A DNA stretch of 64,000 nucleotides from Candidatus Dormiibacterota bacterium (lineage in GTDB: Bacteria; Chloroflexota; Dormibacteria; Aeolococcales; Aeolococcaceae), in assembly GCA_027365835.1 (NCBI GenBank), contig DAHXLU010000103.1, positions 1,260 to 65,259 on the forward strand. The letters run 5' to 3'. The position numbers and the translations under genes are program-made. The notes under the pieces are model-generated. The model made no database searches. It was not told where the DNA came from and saw nothing but the letters and a program-made list of their open reading frames with translations. This document shows positions 52,209-61,382 of the stretch, in pieces (position 1 is the stretch's first letter; each line of letters opens with the position of its first letter).

Positions 52209-53222
52209 CTACCAACCGCTCGGGATATACGGCGGGACCACGAGTGTGACTGCGTACATTCCATCCCTAAGGACACGATAGTCTATGTCTGTCCACCCCT
52301 TGGTATTGACACTCTGACAGGGGTTTGTCGATGGACTGACTACGCCTGGAAGGTTTAGGATAAGCTGCTCCCTTGAGGGAAAGGAGACCCGGCCAGCCCA
52401 TGTATTCTCCCACCAGATCGCCCTGTGGTTCCACAGGATCGCATGGGGTCCTCCGGATCCCAAGGCAAAGCACGCCCGCACCGGTGGTCCCCATCCGTTG
52501 CCGTTGAGACGGGACGTGAACCAAGCAGTGATGGATTTTGCGTTGGCAGTGGAGTACCAAACTGTTCTCAGTTGAGGGTTCGACTCTGGGAGGGTTGTGA
52601 ATGTCACTGTGTCGCGCACTGACCCGGGATATGTGAGGCGTGCCTCGGGGTTGGCAGAAAGGGTTGCGGGGTCTACGGTGTTGGTGGTTATCCGCGTAAA
52701 CGTAGCGGCAAGTGCAACAAGCACCAACCCCGTGGCTGTGAACGTCACCAGCTGAAATTTCTTCGGAACCGACGCAGAGAAAGGAAAAACTGCCAAGCCC
52801 AGTATCCCTGCCAGCAATACTTCCCAAAGCCCAGTGACTAGGCCTATGATCAGCAGAGCGGTCCCGGTAAGGATGGCAAGGCGGACGCTCCGGTAACCCG
52901 AAAGCGTCTGTCCAACCAGATCGGCACCTCCAGACACAGAGGCGACTGCCAAGCCCAAGACTCCAACCAGCCCTAGTTGGGGCGGGCCGATCGTTGAACT
53001 GGCAACGACCATGAGGAGCGCGCAAGACGCAATGGCGCCTATAGCGGTCACTCGGTACCACGGGATGGGTCGGCCTTCCAAATCGCCGGCGCGATACACA
53101 GAGGCGCCTGCCAGACCAAGTATTCCAGTGAGGACAAGCTCTGGCGAGGCAGCCGTTACACCAATAAAGAATAGTGTACAAGCCACAGTGGCGGCGATAC
53201 CGGCCGCTAGGTATCCCCTCAT
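52209..53222 (-). CDS. Membrane protein with a conserved C-terminal extracytoplasmic domain (paralog 1, hypothetical)
   Basis: MRGYLAAGIAA... with 5-6 transmembrane helices, then a ~150-aa domain sharing ARLTYPGS.RD, TVW.S.A..K.ITAWFTS.L.G.GWG.P..AC, WAG.V.FP, NPC and YAVTLVV with the neighbouring gene. Confidence 0.6.
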   Translation of the reverse strand: MRGYLAAGIAATVACTLFFIGVTAASPELVLTGILGLAGASVYRAGDLEGRPIPWYRVTAIGAIASCALLMVVASSTIGPPQLGLVGVLGLAVASVSGGADLVGQTLSGYRSVRLAILTGTALLIIGLVTGLWEVLLAGILGLAVFPFSASVPKKFQLVTFTATGLVLVALAATFTRITTNTVDPATLSANPEARLTYPGSVRDTVTFTTLPESNPQLRTVWYSTANAKSITAWFTSRLNGNGWGPPVRACFALGSGGPHAILWNHRAIWWENTWAGRVSFPSREQLILNLPGVVSPSTNPCQSVNTKGWTDIDYRVLRDGMYAVTLVVPPYIPSGW

Positions 53223-53418
53223 CGCCCCCCACCTCCAATTCGCTCCCCGTGCGGTTCATGGTGGGTCGCGCAGGGGAAGTTGGCAGATTCGAGAGTTGTG
53301 GAATCCGCTGTACCCAGTGGGTCGAAGGTAGGTCGCACTCGTGTACATGGGATGCTGTAGGTCTTCAATGCGGTGGTGCGTAAGTCGCGCAGGGGGGTGA
53401 GCTGTGGGGAAGTAATGA

Positions 53419-54087
53419 TCATGACCGGACCACGAGTGTGACGGCATATGTTCCAGCCTGCCCAGAATAAGGTGTCGCCGCATGGTATGGCCACCCCAGC
53501 TGAATTTCGCAAGGGTTAAGCTGGCTTGCTGCGTCAGGCAGCATCAGGACAACATCTTCAGTGGCTGGGAAGGTGACAGGGCCAGCCCATGTCTGGTCTG
53601 TCCAAGGTCGGTTGCGCTGCCACACGATGGTAGAGTGCGTTTCAGGCTCTGAACATGCCAGGATGGGTCGCCCCCAACCCTGACCCTGGAGATGCGATGT
53701 GAACCAGGCAGTGATGGTCTTGGTATCAGCAGAGGAGCGCCAAACAGTCGTTTGTCGTGGGTAGCTCAGGAAAGAGCTGTCATAGGACACGGCATCCCGG
53801 GTTGATCCAGGATAGGTAAGTCTTGCATCAGGACTCGAAGCGAGGCTGGCGGCATCAGCAGAGTTGGTACCCGTGCGCGTAATAAAAGCGGCAAATGCCA
53901 CAAATGCAAGCCCTATTACTGCGATCGCTGCGAGCGTGAATCTGGCAGGGAGGTACGCGGACACAGACAAAACTACCAGGCCCAGGATTCCGATGATCGA
54001 CAGTTCCAACTGGCCGGTAATCCACCCAATAAGAAAGAGGACGCTGCCAGCAATGGCGGCAACGCTGGCCGCCTTGTACCTCCTCAT
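53419..54087 (-). CDS. Membrane protein, paralog 2 of the 52209..53222 gene (hypothetical)
   Basis: Start MRRYKAASVAA parallels MRGYLAAGIAA of paralog 1. Three transmembrane helices and the same C-terminal domain motifs. The ORF track extension up to 54252 overlaps the tRNA-Pro region and is rejected. Confidence 0.6.
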   Translation of the reverse strand: MRRYKAASVAAIAGSVLFLIGWITGQLELSIIGILGLVVLSVSAYLPARFTLAAIAVIGLAFVAFAAFITRTGTNSADAASLASSPDARLTYPGSTRDAVSYDSSFLSYPRQTTVWRSSADTKTITAWFTSHLQGQGWGRPILACSEPETHSTIVWQRNRPWTDQTWAGPVTFPATEDVVLMLPDAASQLNPCEIQLGWPYHAATPYSGQAGTYAVTLVVRS

Positions 54088-54258
54088 CGCGCATTCCTCC
54101 CTATCTGCTTCCCATGCGGTTGAGTATGACAGGGGAGTCTGGCAGCCCGGAGAAGGGCGCAACGAGAACTGCCGGTCGCAGAGACCCTGGGTACCTGGCA
54201 GGCACAGCGGCTGGTGTAAGTCTCCACTGCACGCCTGCTTCAACCAGTGCATGAAAAG

Positions 54259-54332
54259 TCGGGGCGGCGAGATTCGAACTCACGACCCCCTGCTCCCAAA
54301 GCAGGTGCGCTACCGGGCTGCGCCACGCCCCG
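54259..54332 (-). tRNA. tRNA-Pro (anticodon TGG)
   Basis: Minus-strand CGGGGCG acceptor, D-arm GCGCAGCCCGGTAGCGC, anticodon stem-loop CCTGC-TTTGGGA-GCAGG, T-arm GTGAG-TTCGAAT-CTCGC, discriminator A. CCA not encoded. Confidence 0.8.
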
Positions 54333-54682
54333 ACGCCTGGTAGGACAATGCCGTCCTGACCATAGTCAAGTGTATCCCGGTAGAGCCTGGTTTGGTGTGA
54401 TCCAGGAGAGCTATCTGCAAGGGGCAGCGGAAGAGCTTTTTGGTCTTCGGGCGGGGCGGACTGCAGCACACTTCGGTTAGGATGGAGCCGGCTGGGTCCT
54501 GGGCTCCCTCACCAGTGCGCCTGCTCCTGGATGCACGAGGCAACTCCATTGCTGGGGCGAGTGCGGGCGTGGGAAGTGCAGGTGGCCTGTCGCGTGCTGG
54601 GCCGGGATGGAAGATGTCCGGCATGGCAACCATGGTTTGCCCAACTTGAGCCGGGGTTGACAACAGTGGAGGTGCAGTCACT

Positions 54683-55336
54683 ATGGAGACAGTGGGAAAT
54701 GCAGGGGAGCAGGGTGGGGTGTCTGTCATCCGCCATCCGCTGATCCAGAACGCCCTTGCGGTGCTGCGGAATGTGGATACACCAACTGAATCGTTCCGGC
54801 GCCATGCCCGCCTGCTAACCATGATCCTTGCCTTCCATGTGCTGGAGGACCTGCCGGTGCGACCGGTCACGGTCCAGACCCCCCTGGAGCAGGTTACAGG
54901 TGAGGTTGTCGATGCCAATGTCATATTCATTCCGGTGCTTAGGGCTGGTCTTGCGATGCTGGATGCCATGAGTGACATGGTCCCTGGCAGCAAGGTGGGC
55001 TTTGTTGGCCTGGAACGCAACGAGGAAACATTCATAGCAAGAAGCTATTACCAGAAACTGCCCTCCCATCTGGCAGGTGCTGAAGTGGTTATCCTCGACC
55101 CGATGCTGGCGACAGGAGGGTCTGCACTTGCGACAATTCAGCTGCTCAAGGAGCAGAGTGCCACCAGCATTCGCCTTGCGTGCGTGATTGCTGCGCCGGA
55201 GGGAATAGCTAACCTGCGGGAGAAACATCCAGATGTTCCAATTTTTGCAGCAACGGTCGACCGGGAGCTGAACAGCCGCAGGTATATCCTTCCGGGTATT
55301 GGGGATTTTGGAGATCGCTATTTTGGCACTGAGTAG
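54683..55336 (+). CDS. upp: Uracil phosphoribosyltransferase
   Basis: IRHPLIQ...ILDPMLATGGS (PRPP-binding) ...YILPGIGDFGDRYFGT C-terminus. Start may be slightly downstream. Confidence 0.9.
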   Translation: METVGNAGEQGGVSVIRHPLIQNALAVLRNVDTPTESFRRHARLLTMILAFHVLEDLPVRPVTVQTPLEQVTGEVVDANVIFIPVLRAGLAMLDAMSDMVPGSKVGFVGLERNEETFIARSYYQKLPSHLAGAEVVILDPMLATGGSALATIQLLKEQSATSIRLACVIAAPEGIANLREKHPDVPIFAATVDRELNSRRYILPGIGDFGDRYFGTE

Positions 55337-55415
55337 GAAGCAGCTGGGCAGATAACCGGCACTTCGGAAAGCAGTGTGGTGTAATGGTTGAGAGGAGCAG
55401 GAGTTTGGCTGACGC

Positions 55416-56876
55416 TTAGGGCTGCACTCTGGGAGCAAGCTCTGCCCGGATGCGGACTATGTCACTTTTTCTTATTGCGCCAGTCACTACGACTGCTGCC
55501 AGGTAGGCAATACTCCCGAGCACTGCAGCAAGGATAGGAGCTCCCTGCAGTGGAAACATTACAGCCGCCATCACCGCTCCACTTGTGAGCAGCGGCAACG
55601 TCAGGCGAACAAGGTTAAGGTCGCCCAGCTTGCGCCCGATGAGCCACAATCCGAGCACACAAAGGAGTACCTCGGTGATCACAGTCGCCCAGGATGCTGC
55701 CAGATATCCGTCGCCGGTTCGGGTGACACTGATCAGCAGCAGGTTGAATGCAATATTTGCCACCACACTTATAGCCATGAGCCACGCAAAGAGTCTCTGG
55801 CTGTTGATGGCTCCCAGTGTAAACATGAAAGAGTTTGCAATGAAAATAAAGGCAATGGATATTCCCAGTATCCGAAGGCTGGGAGTGGCGGGAGGGAGGG
55901 CGCGGGTGATGCCGATAATGGAGGGTGCGAGCATCCAGGTTCCTATAGCTACCGGGATGCCGAGCCCTGCAAGGAGCCTGTAGGAGAGCTGGTAGATATC
56001 TGCTACCTGCTTTACTCCTTCCTTCCGGAAAGCTCTCGCCATCCTGGGAAAGATGGCGTTCATTGCTGCCTGGGGAACGAATGAGATGCCATCGATAAAC
56101 CGGTACGCAGCATTGTACGAACCTACCTGGTAGTATCCGCGCATTCCCTTCAGAATCACCACGTCTATCTTGAAGTAGATGGTGTTCAGCAGTACAGCCA
56201 GGGCGAAAGGGGCCCCGCTCCGTATGAGCTTGCCTGATGCAGCCATGTCCCAGCGGATTCGGATCGGCGCGTAGCGGAAGTGGGAAAGCAGACCTGCGTA
56301 GATGATCGTTACCGAGTAGCTTGCAACGTATGCCCAGATAAATACTGCAAGCGGAGCATGGGTGAGCGCTGCGTGGATCGTGATCCCAAGGAGAACGACT
56401 GTTTCCATCGCTATAGCCAGCGCTTCGAATCGCAGCTCCCCAAAAACATAGAACGGCGCCCGGAACAGGTTTGAGACGGCCGTTGCCATGAGCAGCAGGT
56501 AGACGGGGATGGCCAGGAAAAGCAGAGTTGGGGTAAAGAGCCACATCAGGCCCAGAAGGACCAGGCCGGCCAGGAGCGCCAGGGGGATTTTTGCTCCGAG
56601 CACGATGGCGAGATACTCTCCCAGCCTGTCCCGCTCTCTTGAGGCTTCTCTCGTGTAGATGACCTGCAGCCCAATATCTCCAGCAACAGAGGCCAGCTGA
56701 CTGAGGACGATCAGGGTGGCATACTCTCCGTAGCGGGTCTCTCCCAGGCTGTTTTGCGCGATGATCACGACCGCAAGCACCAGTATCTGTCGCACGGCTC
56801 TCGTGGTTATCAGGAGCCCGGTGTTTAGCGCCGGCCGGCTGGATCCCTCCCTGCCGGCGGTCCGGGGGGCTGTCAT
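55416..56876 (-). CDS. MOP-superfamily polysaccharide/oligosaccharide flippase (Wzx/MurJ-like)
   Basis: About 14 predicted helices over 485 aa, typical of the polysaccharide_biosynth/MATE-like fold. Start uncertain: the ORF is open to 56963. Confidence 0.65.
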   Translation of the reverse strand: MTAPRTAGREGSSRPALNTGLLITTRAVRQILVLAVVIIAQNSLGETRYGEYATLIVLSQLASVAGDIGLQVIYTREASRERDRLGEYLAIVLGAKIPLALLAGLVLLGLMWLFTPTLLFLAIPVYLLLMATAVSNLFRAPFYVFGELRFEALAIAMETVVLLGITIHAALTHAPLAVFIWAYVASYSVTIIYAGLLSHFRYAPIRIRWDMAASGKLIRSGAPFALAVLLNTIYFKIDVVILKGMRGYYQVGSYNAAYRFIDGISFVPQAAMNAIFPRMARAFRKEGVKQVADIYQLSYRLLAGLGIPVAIGTWMLAPSIIGITRALPPATPSLRILGISIAFIFIANSFMFTLGAINSQRLFAWLMAISVVANIAFNLLLISVTRTGDGYLAASWATVITEVLLCVLGLWLIGRKLGDLNLVRLTLPLLTSGAVMAAVMFPLQGAPILAAVLGSIAYLAAVVVTGAIRKSDIVRIRAELAPRVQP

Positions 56877-56999
56877 GAGGGAGTAACGCCAGCTTTGCGT
56901 GAACCTGGGCAGAGGCGGACAGCCCTGGCTGGATTTTGTGTGGCTGTGATGCAGATCACCCAATTCTGCTCATGGACTGCGGTAATATTGAGATTCACT

Positions 57000-57701
57000 A
57001 TGTCGATGTTACGAGAGGATCAGGCTCCAGAGGTCGGTGGCGTTTCCGCCTGCATCTTTGATTTTGGCGGCGTCATGACGGTGCGGGACGACCGGCATTC
57101 CTCCCTGCCTCCCGAGCTTGCATCCCTGGTTGCCTTTTATCAGCAGGAGTTTGCGGACTGGTACCACATTCCAACTGTTGAGCATGATATCCACAGGGTT
57201 GAGGTGGGGGAGATATCACTGGACGACTATTTCGAGGGGTTGTGCCAAAGGCACGCAGAGGCTGGCAATCCACTGATCCCGACCCCTGTTGCCCGCGCAA
57301 CGGTGTTTGCCGGATTTGATCCATGCCTGGAGATGGTGGCGCTGGTGGGCCAGCTTCGGCAGAGTGGCTACCGGACTGCCCTGCTCACCAATGTCGGGCA
57401 TGAGGCGCCCCCGCTCTGGAGAAGGGTCCTTGGGGATCACGTGGACAGGATTTTTGACACCGTCGTGGATTCATCCGCTGTTGGTGTGCGCAAGCCTGAT
57501 CCACGTGCCTACCTGGTCGCCACCAGTCGGCTGGGTGTTGAGCCGAAGGAGTGTCTTTTTGTGGACGATCTCCCGTGCAACCTTGCCGCAGCAGCCGGTC
57601 TTGGGATGAAGACTTTTCACTGCACCGATTCAAGGCGGGCTGCTGCCACTCTTGGAGCAGCATTTGCTGGTGCCACCGCAAGGCGGCTGGTGACGTGCTA
57701 G
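57000..57701 (+). CDS. HAD-superfamily hydrolase
   Basis: Motif I CIFDFGGVMT, motif II LTN and motif IV FVDDLPCN. Confidence 0.75.
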   Translation: MSMLREDQAPEVGGVSACIFDFGGVMTVRDDRHSSLPPELASLVAFYQQEFADWYHIPTVEHDIHRVEVGEISLDDYFEGLCQRHAEAGNPLIPTPVARATVFAGFDPCLEMVALVGQLRQSGYRTALLTNVGHEAPPLWRRVLGDHVDRIFDTVVDSSAVGVRKPDPRAYLVATSRLGVEPKECLFVDDLPCNLAAAAGLGMKTFHCTDSRRAAATLGAAFAGATARRLVTC

Positions 57702-57766
57702 CAGTGCTGGCCGGTGGCCTCCGGGATGTCTGAAAGCTAGCTCATTTTTGCGACTGTTCCGCCCAG

Positions 57767-58591
57767 ATGAATCCTGCTGGCCAGCCGTACTACATGCTTT
57801 CTGCAGAAGGGCATTATGTGCCAACTATCCATACGCAGGGTCCCTGGTCGAAGGTTGACCAGCATGGTGGCCCGCCAATGGCGCTCCTGGCGCACGTCAT
57901 TGACCAGCAGATTCCCCTTGCTGGAAAATTTGCAACCCGTCTCTCTTTCGACATCCTGGGGCCAGTCAGGATTGAGCCCTTCGACATTGAGGTATCCATG
58001 GTTCGGGACGGTCGCAACATCTCCCTTCTGTCAGCCAGTCTTATGCAGGCTGGAAGGGTTGCGATGATGGCTTCGGTCTGGAGAGTGTCAGTTGAGGAGA
58101 ACGTTGTCGCGTATGGTGCCTCCACTGCGCCCAAAGACACGGTTGCCTTGCCACCGGCTCTCTCTCTGGACCCCGGGGGGCAACAGGGGGGTGGTGCGGA
58201 TGGGGGTATCAACACATTTGGCTATGGACAGGCAAGCGACTGGTTCTTTTCCTCGGGGTCCTTCCTGGAACCTGGTCCAGCACTGGTCTGGAACCGGGTG
58301 AGACGTCCGTTGCTCGGCGAGGAGTTTGCCACAGCTACGGAGAGGGCCCTCCTGCTGGCAGACGCAGGTAGCGGTGTTGGAGCAGCTTTGCCCTGGGACA
58401 AGTTCGCCTTCCCGAATGTGGACCTGACCATGCACATCTCCCGGCCCCCGAGAGGCGACTGGCTCGGTGTCGATGCCAGGACCTGGATTGGGGGAACCGG
58501 GTCAGGGATGGCAGTAAGCGCGCTCCTGGATGAGGAAGGCAGGTTTGGCACCGCCTGCCAGAGCCTGTTTGTAAGGAGGAGGCAGCGGTAG
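57767..58591 (+). CDS. Thioesterase-like superfamily protein (TesB-like double hotdog)
   Basis: GPWS...HGGPPMALLAHV N-terminal hotdog signature and a second hotdog-like half. 274 aa. Confidence 0.6.
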   Translation: MNPAGQPYYMLSAEGHYVPTIHTQGPWSKVDQHGGPPMALLAHVIDQQIPLAGKFATRLSFDILGPVRIEPFDIEVSMVRDGRNISLLSASLMQAGRVAMMASVWRVSVEENVVAYGASTAPKDTVALPPALSLDPGGQQGGGADGGINTFGYGQASDWFFSSGSFLEPGPALVWNRVRRPLLGEEFATATERALLLADAGSGVGAALPWDKFAFPNVDLTMHISRPPRGDWLGVDARTWIGGTGSGMAVSALLDEEGRFGTACQSLFVRRRQR

Positions 58592-58637
58592 GCTGTGCCG
58601 GCAGGGGGATTGGCCCCTGTGGCATAGTCTTGTATCC

Positions 58638-59018
58638 ATGGCACGGTTCTTCTCCCAGGTGGCGTCTCCTCTCTTTCTGCTGTTGCTGGTTCTGGGCCTG
58701 GTAGCAGGAGACGCACTGGCAGGGCATGGCAATCTGGGCCCAGTAGCTACGCAATTTACCTGGCTTCGGGATGGTATAGATGCGGTTGTCCTGCTGCTCT
58801 TTCTGGCAACCGGATTTGTCTTTTCCCGCAGGGTGGGCCGCATAGTCACCTTTGTTGTAGGGGTGGGCCTGTCAGCCCTGGGGCTGCTTGGGATAGCAGT
58901 CATCTTTGGGCACCTGAAATACAGTGGAGATATCAGGTTTCCACTGGGTATGGATATCTTTGACCTTGCGGTGGGAATACTGGCTGTCCTGGCTGCTGCG
59001 GGTACGATAGAGGAGTAA
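58638..59018 (+). CDS. Small membrane protein (hypothetical)
   Basis: 126 aa with four hydrophobic helices. Confidence 0.4.
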   Translation: MARFFSQVASPLFLLLLVLGLVAGDALAGHGNLGPVATQFTWLRDGIDAVVLLLFLATGFVFSRRVGRIVTFVVGVGLSALGLLGIAVIFGHLKYSGDIRFPLGMDIFDLAVGILAVLAAAGTIEE

Positions 59019-59121
59019 CAGTGCCCACGGCAGCATGGTGCTGGCCTGGCTCAGGAGCCGGGTCTGCTCCGGGTCTGCTCCGGGTCTTCAGCAGTGGCTT
59101 CTGACAGCTGTCCGAAGCGCG

Positions 59122-59421
59122 CTACTGGTCCTTTGTGTGATGGTGGCCGTTGCGGGAGCTGGGTTCATAGTCATGGCTCCTTCTGGCACGCTCCACCTGA
59201 CCCCGCACGGTCTCGACTGCGTCGCTTGCATTGTTTACGGCGTTGCGTGCGCGTGGGGCAATAAACTGGGCCGTCTTTCTGGCGGTTTTTACGGTCTTGC
59301 GGGTTGTTTCAAAAAGTGCCTGCATCTGGTCTCTTGTCTTTTCTCCCGGCTGTGGTGCAACTGCGATACCGATCACTGTTCCAACTACAACCCCATGGAA
59401 GATTCCTCTCAGGTAGCCCAT
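59122..59421 (-). CDS. YtxH/DUF948-like protein
   Basis: ATG preceded by AAGGAGGAG. MGYLRGIFHGVVVGTVIGIAVAPQPGEKTRDQ matches the YtxH N-terminal pattern. The overlapping plus-strand ORF is Cys-rich junk. Confidence 0.7.
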   Translation of the reverse strand: MGYLRGIFHGVVVGTVIGIAVAPQPGEKTRDQMQALFETTRKTVKTARKTAQFIAPRARNAVNNASDAVETVRGQVERARRSHDYEPSSRNGHHHTKDQ

Positions 59422-59506
59422 GTTGCTCCTCCTTGTCTTTCTGGCCTCGTGTTAACTTATCAGCCAAATTCAGCATCTGATAGTTCAATCATGGCACTCT
59501 TGGGGT

Positions 59507-59920
59507 ATGGAACTTCAGTTTGCCTTTCTGGCGGAGAGTGCTACAGTCCCACCTGACGGAAAGTTCTACGTTCTGGGCGGCGGCTTTTCTGCCGTAGCAC
59601 TTGCCAGCTTTCCGGCAAGGATAGGGTTTGCTGCGGTTTCGGGCTGGCGTGTAACTGGCAGCGATGCGGGCCAGCGGCACGAGCTTGAAGCACGCTTTGT
59701 GGATTCTGCGGGTGGTCTTGTGGTCCCAAAGGTGCCCATGCTCTTCCAGTTTCCCCCCGAGGCCCCGCCACCCGAGAGAGAAGTGATCGTCCCTGCGGTT
59801 ACTTTCTTTTCCCCCATGATTTCTGAAAAAGGGGGGTACCAGGTGCAGTACTGGTTTGGTGGAACCCAGGTCGGCTCAGTAGGGCTTTATATCGATGAAC
59901 AGCCAGCTGTGACCACGTAG
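59507..59920 (+). CDS. Hypothetical protein (137 aa)
   Basis: ORF with good codon character. No motif recognised. Confidence 0.4.
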   Translation: MELQFAFLAESATVPPDGKFYVLGGGFSAVALASFPARIGFAAVSGWRVTGSDAGQRHELEARFVDSAGGLVVPKVPMLFQFPPEAPPPEREVIVPAVTFFSPMISEKGGYQVQYWFGGTQVGSVGLYIDEQPAVTT

Positions 59921-60007
59921 CCTGTAGCAGCGCTCCCTGGGAATCCCTGCTCTTTAGGGGACCGGGTATCCTTTCCAACCCCCAGGCCAGGTCGCCGTAT
60001 GGACCCT

Positions 60008-60892
60008 CTAGCTGACGCCAGCTGCCTGTGGGGCTCGGGAGGAGCTGTATTCATAGAATCCCTTGCCGCTCTTTCTTCCCAGCTGTCCTGCTGCCACCAT
60101 CCTTTTCAGAAGCGGAGGAGGTGCATATTCTGGCTGTCCATATTCCTTGTGCAGGGCCTCGCACACCATGAGTGTGGTGTCCAGTCCAATGTAGTCCAGA
60201 AGCTCCATCGGTCCCATTGGGTGTCCACAGCCCAGCTTCATCCCGGTATCGATGTCCTCACGTGAGGCAAAGCCGGACTCAAACATCCGTATGGCGTTGG
60301 TGAGATAGGGCAGGAGAAGCAGGTTGACGATAAATCCACCACGGTCCTGGGCGATGATGGCTTCCTTTTCCAGCAGTTTTCCAAATGCCAGGGCGTCGTC
60401 CATGGTCTCCTGGCTTGTAACTATGCTGCGCACTACCTCGAGCAGCTTCATCACCGGGGCCGGGTTGAAAAAGTGGAGCCCAACGACCCGGTCTGGCCTG
60501 CTGGTTGCTGCTGCAATTTCAATCAGGGGAAGGGCAGATGTGTTGGAGGCAAGCAGTGCATGGGCTGGCACGATCCGGTCCAGTCTGGAAAATAGCTGGA
60601 CCTTCTGCTCCAGGTTCTCTACTACCGCCTCTACCACCACATCACATCTGGAGAACTGCTCCAGTTCCAGGGTGAATGAGATCCGCTCCAGGGTGCTTTC
60701 TGCCTCAGCCGCTGACAGCTTCCCGGCATCTTTTGCCCGGCCAAGACTTTTTTCGATCCTGCGTTTTCCTGCCTCTAGTGGAGCCTCACCGATATCAAAC
60801 ACAAGCGTGGAAAGGCCATGGCGGGCACATACCTCCGCGATGCCTGAACCCATGATGCCCGCACCCAGTACTCCTACGGTTTTAAACTGCAT
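60008..60892 (-). CDS. hbd: 3-hydroxybutyryl-CoA / 3-hydroxyacyl-CoA dehydrogenase
   Basis: NAD-binding VGVLGAGIMGSGIAEV and the characteristic 3HCDH N- and C-terminal domains. 294 aa. Confidence 0.88.
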   Translation of the reverse strand: MQFKTVGVLGAGIMGSGIAEVCARHGLSTLVFDIGEAPLEAGKRRIEKSLGRAKDAGKLSAAEAESTLERISFTLELEQFSRCDVVVEAVVENLEQKVQLFSRLDRIVPAHALLASNTSALPLIEIAAATSRPDRVVGLHFFNPAPVMKLLEVVRSIVTSQETMDDALAFGKLLEKEAIIAQDRGGFIVNLLLLPYLTNAIRMFESGFASREDIDTGMKLGCGHPMGPMELLDYIGLDTTLMVCEALHKEYGQPEYAPPPLLKRMVAAGQLGRKSGKGFYEYSSSRAPQAAGVS

Positions 60893-61022
60893 GATTTATC
60901 CTCCATCCACCTGCTGACTGTGAGGCTGTTCCAACGCCCTCGCCATGGTTTGAAGGCTGACGTGGGTGGCTCCAGTCCACGGGAGACCGCCTCTGCCAGC
61001 GCCTTGCCTATATCATGGCGTT

Positions 61023-61382
61023 ATGGGAAGGACGCTTGCACTCCTGTCTTCCGACCTGCTTATGGGCAGCCGTGTCGCTGCTGCCGCGGGCCGTTTTTCG
61101 GGGCGGATGGTTCCATTCGGGGAAAGGCTCGACGACACCGTCGTGGTCGTGGACCTCAACCCGATCCGTGGCAAGGATAGCGCAGACGAGATGCTTGATA
61201 TGATCCGGAAGATTCGCTCGAGAGAGCCCGAAGCAGTGGTCATTGGCTTTTGTGGCCACGACGAAAAGATGCTCCGGATCGCAGCGATGGAGGCGGGGGC
61301 TGACCAGGTGGTAACCAACGGTGGCCTGGCGGATGCGGTTGCAAGGCTGCTCAGTCAGGAGCCAGGGATGCCTTCCCAGTGA
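61023..61382 (+). CDS. Single-domain response-regulator receiver-like protein (atypical acidic pocket)
   Basis: LALLSSD...VVVVDLNP...VIGFCGHD...AAMEAGADQVV follows the REC fold. Has the phospho-acceptor-position Asp, but the N-terminal DD pair is replaced by SD. Start chosen at the internal ATG. Confidence 0.4.
   Translation: MGRTLALLSSDLLMGSRVAAAAGRFSGRMVPFGERLDDTVVVVDLNPIRGKDSADEMLDMIRKIRSREPEAVVIGFCGHDEKMLRIAAMEAGADQVVTNGGLADAVARLLSQEPGMPSQ

Noticed and set aside
52230-52266. About 37-nt DNA repeat (GGACCACGAGTGTGAC...TTCCA) also present at 53426-53462, considered as island att or terminal repeats
   Set aside because: Both copies encode the conserved YAVTLVV C-terminus of the two paralogous proteins. 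Paralog coding similarity, not a mobile-element repeat.
59035-59556. 173-aa plus-strand ORF
   Set aside because: Cys-rich and overlaps the well-supported YtxH-like gene on the minus strand (ribosome-binding site AAGGAGGAG).
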